Below are positions 36,557 to 64,000 of a DNA stretch of 64,000 nt, piece after piece (the stretch's first letter is position 1; each line of letters starts with the position of its first letter). Location of the stretch: positions 744,001 through 808,000 of the forward strand of contig CM035361.1 of the NCBI GenBank assembly GCA_020137815.1. The letters are read 5' to 3'. This DNA is from Hormiphora californensis (taxonomy: Eukaryota; Animalia; Ctenophora). The position numbers were made by a program, and so were the translations under genes. The notes below the pieces were generated by a model. That model ran no database searches. It worked only from the letters and a program-made list of their open reading frames with translations, and was not told the origin of the DNA.

Positions 36557-38809
36557 TTTATTCCATGCGACCAACTTTAGTGTGTCTCCTCCCTATCTTG
36601 TACATAGGCTCGTAGATCCTCTTTTGAATTGTCAAAAAGGCCTGACTGAGTGACTCTATTCTCATTTCTTTCAAATGAGCACGAAGAACCGCGGTCAGAG
36701 CATTATATTGGCCTGACAGCAAAAGGCGAGCCTGTGTGCTCATATCAGGTATGTATAGAGATTGCAGAGAACTGCCTGGTCGCCGACTGACTCAAACTCT
36801 TGACACAGCTGCTTGTTCTAAGATGTTGAAAATATTTTATATGGAAGGTTTCGAGTAGCGACCATTAAAAGCGTTGAGAAGTAGCAAGGGGAAGACGAGT
36901 CCTTATTTAAACGTTGGCCTACGCTGCAGTCCCCTACTCCCTTGGGGCGTGGACCGTGGTGAGTGGGCAGGGGCACGTCACCTGAATCACACGAAAAGTC
37001 CCCATTTCCCATGCCAATCGCACCTCAGGTCCTCGAAAGGCTGTCTGGCGACCTGTCAAGTCTTGTGCTGCTATGATCAATTCTGTCGTACGAGCGATGA
37101 ATATTGCCTCCGACTCGCTGACGCTCGCATCTCGGGCCGGCCGCCGGGCTCTCGTAAGCTCAAACCACCCGGCACCCGGTCCACCGGAGAGCCGACAGAC
37201 TGGGAAGTGGGAACATATCAACGGCATTGTTTTTCATTTTTCAATCTGAACACGTGTCATATCAAGATTAAAGATTACTCTCTCGTTACATTGCAATTCG
37301 TTTCACTTTTGCTTGTCTCGGACACCAATATTCATATTGGTGTCCGAGACAAGCAAAAGTGAGCTCATGAGCTCTTCTCCTCATTAAAATGCTACTTAAA
37401 TCTGCCTCAAATACCAATATTCTAGCACATATGATCTCTCTGCTACCCGTCAGCACTCTCCCCGGCAGGGCCTAGTCCAATCATTAGTTTATGGCAGCAT
37501 TTTTGGTCAATACTACCCACCGTCCCACCCGACCCGCCCCGCCCCGCCACCCCACCCGCCTCCCCCGCCCTGACCCGTCCCAAGGTAGAGGACTTTCTGA
37601 AACAGCTCACTACAGCGACAATCCTTGTGTTTTGGTGCACTAACTCTAAGTCGCTTATCGCGTGTAACAACTCAGAAATATTCTTATCTGCCCCACCAGT
37701 CTTGTCTTCTAGCACATTTTACATCCTAGTGGCCCTGCAAAGTGTCCTACCCCTTATTTGTGTTTGATTGTTCTCATTTATCTTTATCTCTAACGGAATT
37801 GGATACACCTCATCTCCATTCTCATCACCAACAACATCACCGTACCAATCATCCATCAAAATTCTGTAAGTTCACCTGTTCGTATGTGACGCCAGAAGGG
37901 TCATGATTCACTCCGTGTGTTCCGATGTTTGCCATGTTATGGGTGATTTGTGAGGTATCCTATTTATCCCACAAATGTATCTATAATCTCAAAACACAGA
38001 AAGGTTTGGTTTGGGTTGGGTGAACGTTAAGATATACGGCTAAAACACTAACAGCTATAGCGCAACAATATCTTGACTTCGTTATCAATTACAAAACACT
38101 GTTCCAGTCCACACCAAGTCAACTTCACTGAGTATCACTCCAACAGTCAATCGTCAACCTCAACCTCAACCACTCAACCTCAACTGCAACACTCAACACT
38201 TTCTTCTCCAAGTCCGTTCCTTTTATCTGACTTCTTCAGCAGATCACATGACCCGAGCACCTCTACGTGGCAGTCTCTCGTTCTCCCCACTCGTCTCATC
38301 GTGATTGGCTGGGGCGCCCTGACGTAGGTAGTTCTTGCTCTCCTTCGTCCAGTGATCTGTATCTCACTCCGCTTGGTTGTCGGATCAACACCTCGTCGTT
38401 CTACTTTCTCTCTTCGTACTGGGTTCTCTCTCAGCAAGCAACTAAAATCTAACCCTTCACTTATCACTTTTAACATAACAAAAGAACCCTAGCGATCTTT
38501 CAATTTCAGCTTCTTCCCTCACACACTAACAACCTAACAAACAAACCATTATAACTCAAGTCTGTTAGAGTATAATTGAGGGTGGCAGTTAGTACCATGA
38601 TGTGCATATGATCATTGCATTGCAGGTCGGAAAATAGCTTTCCTTATCAGACGCGTAAATGTCTGTCTAACAAAGATTACAGGCTATTAACCCCAAGGGG
38701 TGCAACCCCGCACGTATTGTCTGTTCACAGATTGTGTAAAGTGTGTGTTTGAAAGTAATTGGCCACTCAAAACACGGTATACATCGGGATGCCAGACCCA
38801 AACCCAAGG

Positions 38810-38947
38810 CACTCTCAAAGGCAAAACGTTACCTTGTTCCAGACCAAACTAAACTCAAGACACTCACAAAGGCAAAACGTTACCTTGTTCCGGACCAAAC
38901 TAAACTCAAGAAACTCTCAAAGGCAAAACGATACCTTGTTCCAGACC
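38810..38947. repeat. 51-bp tandem repeat, about 2.7 copies
   Basis: ACTCTCAAAGGCAAAACGTTACCTTGTTCCAGACC... repeated. Confidence 0.85.
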
Positions 38948-39552
38948 CTGTAACTTTATATGATAAAGCTTGCGTAATCATTGAAATCTATGTATTATTA
39001 TGATCAGTTTTTAACTATCTAAATGACTGACTAAGACAGACACAAGACAAGCGTAGGGCCCTCCAATGTGCACTGCTCTCCCTTGAATTTTCAAGCGAGT
39101 TCGTACAAATACAAATACAAATACAAATATACATTTATTGTCCGCTTTTCATTGTCCATATTATAAAGAACAACACGAGTTCTGTTAGGTCTTGACTACT
39201 AGCATCACTTGGTGCGGACTTCGTCTCACTAACTCTCGTTTCAAAAGCGGTTAGTTTTATACCAAGGATTTCCAGATATTTTTCAAGAAGATATTTTCTG
39301 AGGGTAATTTTTATTAGTTAAACCATATTTAAATCGGATGATGAAATATACTGTCTCTGCTTACTGCAGATTAATAGAATATGCTCTTGGATCTAGAGAT
39401 CCAGAAATGAATATTTTAGCTCCAGGGCTTTAGCCCTTAAACAATCGATACTGTCTTATACAACTTGGGTGAGGACTGAGGATCCGACTGCTTCACCTGT
39501 AGGAGAACCAAGGAGCGGAAGAGAAGTCATACTCGCTGTAGCCTGCATCTCA

Positions 39553-39920
39553 CCACACTGGCTGTACTTCTATAAGTAAAGCCCAACACACTCCACTGCA
39601 CCACACCATACTGGCTGTACTTCTATAAGTAGAGCCCAACACACTCCACTACACTACACCATACTGGCTGTACTTCTGTTAGTAAAGCCCAACACACTCC
39701 ACTGCACCACACTATACTGGCTGTACTTCTATAGGTAAAGCCCAACACACTCCACTGCACTACACCATACTGGCTGTACTTCTATAAGTAAAGCCCAACA
39801 CACTCCACTGCACTACACCATACTGGCTGTTCTTCTATAAGTAAAGCCCAACACACTCCACTGCAACACACTATACTGGCTGTACTTCTATAAGTAGAGG
39901 CCAACACACTCCACTGCACA
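39553..39920. repeat. ~53-bp minisatellite x7
   Basis: ATACTGGCTGTACTTCTATAAGTAAAGCCCAACACACTCCACTGCA... repeated. Confidence 0.9.
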
Positions 39921-40039
39921 ACACCTCACTGCAACCCTTCCACCCCCATACCCCAATTTTGGTGTCCATTTATAATTTATATTTCCCCCTTTTTTCTTTA
40001 CCGCTTTTTTTTTTTTTTTTGGATCTTTTCTGCTTTACT

Positions 40040-40071
<32 letters not shown>

Positions 40072-40795
40072 CTTTTTTTTTTTGATTTTTTAGCCCAGGC
40101 TATGCCGTCTATACCCGGGTGGTATTTGTTGAGTAAGGGGGAACACTCTTCCCCCTTACTCAACAAGGTGGTATGAGACTTGGTACGCCTTAGCTTAATG
40201 CCCCAAAAAATATCAAGATTAAAATTGAAAAGGAGGAAAAGGCATTCCAATTTTTTTTAAATCTAACGAAATTTCGCGAAATTAACTAAAAAAGTTAACT
40301 TTTTGCATTGCATAGTCTCATGAACGTGCGATAAATACACAGTTACGATGCAAAATAGCGCCGCGCGGAATAAAAGGACATGCGCGTGACTTGACATGCA
40401 TTTGCATTTTTCAAAATCAGTTTTGTTTTTTAAATTTCAAAAATTGAACTTTGGGTTCTCCGTTCTTTGCTCTCCTTAGGGGCTAGAGCTAAATTTCTTA
40501 CAAACACTGAGAATAACTTATTTCCACTTTCTTTGTTTAATTAGTGTGGTGTTTTTGCTCAACGTTTATTTACAGCATAGAGGGAGCCGGGAGGCACGTC
40601 CACCCACCGGGATTTGGGCTTTGAAACTGCTGGAGTTGGCCCAACTCAATTGGCTTTGTCTTAAGTTTTTAGGATAAAGGACTATTTTAAAATATACCTT
40701 TTGCATCACTAAAACATACAAACAATCTTTAATTAGTCAATGCAACAATCATTATTACAAATCTAAAATACAATGAAAAACATCTAGGCTCTAGC

Positions 40796-49864
<9,069 letters not shown>

Positions 49865-50316
49865 CTCTCAATTGTTAGTCATGTCACATTGTCATCTTGT
49901 CATCTTGAACAATCTCCTGGTGTTGTGGTTTTGATAGGGCAATGATGAGAGGAAGTTAGTTAAGAAGCAAGAAAATCTAAAGCCATGGGTATAAAACATA
50001 CACCCGCGATTCTAGTAATAGAGTCTATAATTAACAATAACTGTCGACTGATTGGAAGATGTACAGAACTAGATATAATAGAAAGGCCAACAATTGGTGT
50101 GTACAAACGAGTGAAGACTTTTTCAGTTTTCCAAAACAATGTTTGCCACCCCTTGACTACAGTACATCCTAATTTATGCAACGTGTCTGAAATGTGGTAG
50201 ACAAAGTTAACAGACTATAGAACGATTCATAGATGCACAAGTAGTGTAACCTGGACTAAAGAAAGTGTATGATGAGGGACAGTGGTTTCCGGGTTCTTTT
50301 TGTCAACTTTGCAGTT

Positions 50317-50372
<56 letters not shown>

Positions 50373-50408
50373 TAACACACACTTTCTGTTCAGCGATGTC
50401 AATATGTC

Positions 50409-58161
<7,753 letters not shown>

Positions 58162-58435
58162 GTATACAACCTTGCCTTGCTCGACCCTCTTTCACCGCAC
58201 ACCACACGGCGAAACAAATTTAAAGGAGGGTAGTAGAACATAACAGTTGAACTTCAGTTGCTCACCTGTAGTTAAGGTCTGACGTGATCTGACCCACAAG
58301 GAAAATTTTGATTAGCTCAAATAGACAAATTCGTGGTTCACCAATCACCTTAGCTTCATTAGTGAAATATTGTTTCAGTCCTTGATGGGTTCAAAAAAAT
58401 GGAATTTTGTTTGATCCTAAAAGTGCTGCATTATG

Positions 58436-59906
58436 CACGGCGTGCCCGAGGGTAGTTTAACATTTGTTTTGGTGTCCATCTCCAATTCCGGTTGTAACTG
58501 TTGGGGAAGACCTTCCTGAACGTCGTGGCGGAGCGGGAATAATCATGTAGACCCGCTCCGGCTTCAGAAAATCGAGAAAAATATAGCTATCTTTTTTTTC
58601 ACTTTGAAAATAAGACGTTTTTTATTAAAAGATCCTTGATCAGTAAGATACGGTTGTCCCCCACCTATTTTTTGACGTAGAATCGAATGCCGTTGAAGTC
58701 AAATCTCTAAAATGTTGGCAAAATGGAGAAAATCACGTTTTTAGGTGTTTTTTGGTGAAAAAAGCGTTCAAACTGGTAGTAGATGATGAGATAGAGTCCC
58801 AAAAATATCAAAAATCGATTTTTTGGGTCTTTTTCGCCCTAGGAACAGAGTTTCATGAAAATCTGGACTCTGGTACAACGCCTATTCTCCGTTTGCTTTC
58901 AAAGAAGATGAATATTGCTCTAATTTAGCCAATTTTGAAGAAAAGGCGTCCAAAATGATACTAGTTGACATGATGTAGTCCCAAAAACGTGAAAATCATC
59001 AATTTTAGGCATTTTATACCCTAGAAACAAATGGACATGGTGGTCGGATGATATTTATTATCTCGGTAGGCCTCTGAAGTAGGTGGAAATAGCCACAATG
59101 TAGAGATTGTGGTAAATGAATGTGAATAAACGTTTACCAAACCCACTTTAGCACCTGCTAAGTTGAAGAGTGGCTCTTGCATAATCCAGAGGCCCACTAA
59201 AGTGGGTTTGGTAAGCGTTTATTCACATTCATTTACCACAATCTCTACATTGTGGCTATTTCCACCTACTTCAGAGGCCTACCGAGATAATAAATATCAT
59301 CCGACCACCATGTCCATTTGTTTCTAGGGTATAAAATGCCTAAAATTGATGATTTTCACGTTTTTGGGACTACATCATGTCAACTAGTATCATTTTGGAC
59401 GCCTTTTCTTCAAAATTGGCTAAATTAGAGCAATATTCATCTTCTTTGAAAGCAAACGGAGAATAGGCGTTGTACCAGATTTTCATGAAACTCTGTTCCT
59501 AGGGCGAAAAAGACCCAAAAAATCGATTTTTGATATTTTTGGGACTCTATCTCATCATCTACTACCAGTTTGAACGCTTTTTTCACCAAAAAACACCTAA
59601 AAAACGTGATTTTCTCCATTTTGCCAACATTTTAGAGATTTGACTTCAACGGCATTCGATTCTACGTCAAAAAATAGGTGGGGGACAACCGTATCTTACT
59701 GATCAAGGATCTTTTAATAAAAAACGTCTTATTTTCAAAGTGAAAAAAAAGATAGCTATATTTTTCTCGATTTTCTGAAGCCGGAGCGGGTCTACATGAT
59801 TATTCCCGCTCCGCCACGACGTTCAGGAAGGTCTTCCCCAACAGTTACAACCGGAATTGGAGATGGACACCAAAACAAATGTTAAACTACCCTCGGGCAC
59901 GCCGTG
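58436..59906. mobile_element. Fold-back non-autonomous DNA transposon, Chapaev/CMC-like (related subfamily)
   Basis: About 720-bp inverted arms, CACGG...CCGTG termini, 4-bp TSD TATG; internal core homologous to 3130-4320. Confidence 0.85.
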
Positions 59907-60311
59907 TATGTGGTAGCTTCTTCCAGTAACCAGGTTTAAAGGTACCGCCTCTAAAGCAAAAACAAACCGGGCCTAAGAGAAGAGGTTCCACGAAACCCCA
60001 AACCCGGTTTTCCCCATGTCTGTAGCACGCGAGAACACAAGTTGTACTCTAACCGCGCAGGGAACTCCCGCGCGCAGGTCACGTGATCAATTGGGTACTG
60101 GATAAATTGACAATTTTATTGAGATTTGAGAATGACTCGGTCGTTTTAAAATTGGCTAAGTACTGCCCTGTACTGTATACATTATTTACACTTAACTTAC
60201 CATGATTCCCCAGTTTCAACTTTCATAGCTCCCAAATCCACCCTTGCTTGTGCGGAAAGTTTGGGTGCTCAAACTTAACCCACCCCCGAACTGCGTCCCC
60301 CTGCCTCATAC

Positions 60312-61538
60312 CTACAAACTCCATTTTACTACTGTCTGTGGTTGTTGGAGGTGCTGCTGTTGTAGGGAACGAACTCCAGTCTCCTGTGATCCATGTTGTC
60401 GGTCCAATTGGTCCTGTAATATTGAAGGGGGATGGGGAGGCCCTGTTATTGATTAGTATCGGGTGTTGAGAAGTCTGGCAAGTCAGACATACCCGAAATT
60501 AAGATAGACCCTAAAATTCAGTACTACCCCAAGTTCCACTCACCTGTTGTTGGATCATCCGTTGGCCCAGTGTCCCCCTCACTATCCGGATCTACCCACA
60601 CCAGTACCTCCGCAATATGCATTACAATGTGTTTCTTCCTCTCCTTCTGAATGGGTTTATTATCCTCTAATCGCACCCCGGTAACCACACCAAACTCTGA
60701 TCCTGCCCTAGAGGGGATGTTTGGTTGCGATGTTAGGGCTGTATTAGGGTCTGATCCAACCCTAAAGGTTTACATCTTAGTAGTGTTGGGTTCGATGTTA
60801 GGGCTGTATTGTGGTTGGATTGAGTTTTACCAAATTTCATATACAAGAAGATTACAATATGTACAGGGAAGATTATCCTACCGTTAAATCGGGGTGCCGT
60901 TAAATCGGGGGTCATTAAATCTGGGTCCGACTATTATACCAGAACGTCCTAATATTTACCGCTTACCTACAGGGGATGTGATAGGTTTGCTCCTCAACAG
61001 ATGCCGCATCAGGGTTGGTTTTAGTGATTGTTCCACATGTCTTCTTTGTGCCGTTTGTGCCAAGGAGAATTATCTGGGTTCCGATGATTCTGTCTCGCAG
61101 TCTTGTTGTGCTCATCGTATCGGAGGGTGTGTAGATTCTGAGGGAATGAGGTTCATAAAACCACCTCCATGATCAGGATGGGAATATTCTTAGGACGGCA
61201 CTCCTACCCTCCCTACTAAAATACTAAATTAATTGTTGAGTTAAAAACTTACATCATCGTTCCTCAAATGTTCGAGAATGAAGACCTTACCTGTTAATAA
61301 CAGATACACCAGTGACATCAGACCTTGGAGTCTCGAGCAAGGCCTGCCACCACTTCTTCGTATTCCACTTCTTGCTGTAGTAGTACGTGCTTACTGAACC
61401 GTCAACTGCTTTCCAGGCATACCCTTTTCCACGATGTCCTATTGCTGATGCCGTTGTCAAGGGAACGGTAACAGGAGCAGGATAGCATTGTCCAAGAAAG
61501 AGTAGGAGAAGGTAGGGCATCCTTGGCATGATTAGCAA
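60312..61538 (-). CDS. Secreted F-type lectin/discoidin (F5/8C)-like protein with a Thr/Pro-rich stalk; 3' end unresolved
   Basis: Signal peptide; exons 61291-61538 (AWKAVDG..WWQALL..VSVINR), 60967-61137 (RDRIIG..CGTI..TYHIPC), 60544-60707 (MHIAEVLV), 60312-60413. Confidence 0.65.
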
Positions 61539-62113
61539 AATGAAATTGTAACAAACGAAAATGAAAGGTGTTATCTGGGCGTTGTAGACAGCAACTTAGC
61601 TCTCTTTTAGGCATGTGCTTGCCCGTCATCTATCATTTAGCGATAAATGATATAATTGTTTCTTTCTTTCTTCCTCCTTCTACCTACTTACCTATCTATT
61701 TCCTGGCTCTCTACCGTCCACTTTTCATACCTCTTTGGCTCTCCATCTAACTATCTCCTTCTGCTAATTATAGCTAACCCCATTTAAGCCACGGGGTAAT
61801 TGCCAGTGAAGTGATTAAAATGAATTTCACTTTCACCACTGATCTGCTATAAAAGTGAAGTACATACACGGTTCTAGCAAGTTAACCGGTCGAAGGGTCC
61901 GTGTCGCGTTTTATCTTTGTTAGGATTATTAAAAGCAATGTTTGTTAGCAATATGAATCAGAAGCAGAGAGGAAAAGAAAAGGACACTCAAACCAGCATA
62001 AATACGAGAATCATGCTCAGTTTTATCACTCTATCTTGTACATAGAAAAGTTATACATTCTAAATGATTTGGTTTGAAAAATCAAAGCTAATCATGGGTT
62101 GTTATAAACTTAC

Positions 62114-62794
62114 CAAACCCGTAAAGAATAACTTCAGAAACATGAAGAACGTTTGTGTCTAGGCGTTCCAGTATCACACCCATCACTTTCTCCGTTGTCT
62201 TGTCGCAGGTTACCCGGTATGTCTGGTCTTTAACTGAGGTTGCATCTGGTAGGGTGACGTTGATCCACCCACAAGTGGTGGTCACAGTTTCACCGAGCAG
62301 AGAAACCTTCGTACCTATGATCCTGTCTCTACATTTAGTGGGATATTCCAACGCCCACCAGTCTTGCCCTGTGGCGATCCTAATAGTACGGGAGATAAAC
62401 AATTAAGAAATTACTTCTATACACCATTAAGCGACAGAATCTTGACCACTATCACTCAATCGTTGTCGTCGGAACTGGCGTGATCATGATAAGAAATGAA
62501 CAATTCTAACTATATCCAAACCTGTTGATAATGTCCACATAGACAACTTTACTGGAGGGTGTTTCTAGGTACAAGGCTAGCCACTCTGTGACAGATGTGT
62601 TGTGGCCAGAGTGATAGAAAGTCGCTACTTTGTCATCAAACGCTTTGTCTGGCGAATACAACGGCTTGGCTCTGCGCTGGTCTTCTTCATAGAGTGATCT
62701 TGATTTGCCAAAAGATACTGGAAGTTTGGAATATCCCGAAATTGTCTGCAGGACTGAGTATTATGAACAAAGTTGTTGGGGACACCACCATCAT
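62114..62794 (-). CDS. Second F-type lectin/discoidin-like paralog; apparent 2-nt frameshift in the signal peptide (possible pseudogene)
   Basis: 62522-62745 (SPDKAFDD..TFYHS..WLALYL..DIINR) and 62114-62379 (RDRIIG..CGWI..TYRVTC..LHVSEVILYG). The upstream MMVVSPTTLFIILS is out of frame with VLQTISG. Confidence 0.6.
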
Positions 62795-63216
62795 TCATTA
62801 CTAGAAAGTTTCAAGAAATAAAATAGGTAGAAAATTAGACATATGAAAATAAGGTGTTTTCAGTAAGAACAGTTTCTATGTCTATCTATCCGGCATAGTA
62901 CAAGTAGGGGATACTAGCGCAGTATGCACACAGAATACAATACCCCTGTAAATGCTTGTTTTGTTCAAACCCATTCGAACAAGGTAAGAAAATACAGTTG
63001 TCTTACGGCTTTTATTTTGTCCCTACCAGTAACCACGCCAGTGTCCCTGATTGCACTAGTAAACGACAATTAGGCTTTATTATCTAGAGCACCCAGCAAG
63101 GCATGAGGGGAGAAAGAGCCAATAGGTAAAGAGGAACACCGGTATTTCAGAATTTCGTCTGGTGGTAGAGAGATAGGAAATACAGCTGGGCGATGGTAAA
63201 CTTGGTAGATTTCAGT

Positions 63217-63961
63217 GGGGGGTACGTCACCTTTTTTTTTGCCCACTGCCCACATTATTCTTAAATTTTGAATTTGCCCACATGGGCAAAAGTGGGCAAA
63301 AGTAGGCAAAAGTAGGCAAAAAAATTAAATCCATAAAAAATATATGCTATCAACCAGGTAATCGTCTGTGACAAAGGTTTTTCACCACTAATGTCCTCCT
63401 AGAGGTCCCCCCTATCGATTCCAACCGATAATTTATTTGCTCAGGGTTGATAAGGCTCCATATCCAACTGGGAAAAATGGGCAAAATATGTTGGTAAAAT
63501 TAGGAAAATTGGTCATTTTAGGCACGTTTCTCACATAATTGGAGTGGAAAATTTTTCTGGTTTTTCTGGGACCCCATTGGAGTACAATGCAAGTGGAAAA
63601 CCTTTGTTATGTATCAGTTCCCTAAATAGCCCCAAAATGACGAAAAATCACTGGCCTTTGCCTAATTTTGCCAAAAATTTTTGCCCACTTTTGTCCAGTC
63701 GGACATGGAGCCTTATCAACCCTAAGTCATAAGTAAGTACATTAATTATCGGTTGGAATCGATAGAGGGGACCTCTTGGAAGACATTGGAGGTGAAAAAC
63801 ATTTGTCACAGAGGGTTTTCTGGTAAAGTTTTGATGCTTATAATATTTTTGCCCACTTTTTGCCCACTTTGCCCACATTATACCTGTTTTTTGAGATTTC
63901 AGTTTGCCCATGTGGGCAAATGTGGGCAAATGTGGGCAAAAAAAAAGGTGACGACCCCCCC
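63217..63961. mobile_element. Fold-back MITE with G-run termini (MULE- or Merlin-like)
   Basis: TIR GGGGGG(TA)CGTCACCTTTTTTTTTGCCCAC, 8-bp TSD ATTTCAGT, internal (aaagtgggca)n subrepeats. Confidence 0.75.
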
Positions 63962-64000
63962 ATTTCAGTAGTACAGCTGAGCTATGAAATAGTAATCAGG

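Noticed and set aside
36885-36920. Possible Penelope-type hammerhead ribozyme
   Set aside because: The CTGANGA and GAAA core is not intact.
39553-39920. CRISPR-like regular repeats (also 27705-27910)
   Set aside because: Head-to-tail units without unique spacers, no cas genes, eukaryotic context: minisatellites.

Overview
Intron-rich, transposon-dense animal genomic DNA, not prokaryotic. The repeat content and lineage-specific secreted protein families suggest a ctenophore such as Pleurobrachia; this is recognition-based inference. Splicing GT-AG exons by hand gives: (1) a minus-strand Slo/BK-family K+ channel of about 27 coding exons (20124 down to at least 386; the last exon probably lies off the window). 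It lacks the acidic Ca2+ bowl, has degenerate RCK1-Ca2+ and Mg2+ ligands and an SIGYG filter, and its Ca-bowl exon is duplicated as two divergent alternatives. (2) A minus-strand SLC18B1-like MFS transporter head-to-head with (3) a plus-strand TECPR2/HPS5-like WD40 gene. (4) Several small secreted-protein genes: one in a BK intron, one with a bacterial-looking domain in a TECPR2 intron, and two F-type-lectin-like paralogs. Non-autonomous elements include hAT, Tc1/pogo, Chapaev-type fold-backs, Kolobok-type, Helitron, Helentron/DINE-like and a tRNA SINE. A roughly 20 kb (GA)n-rich gene-poor region lies upstream of the channel. Short tandem duplications recur exactly at splice junctions. Exon coordinates were read by eye and may be off by a few bases.
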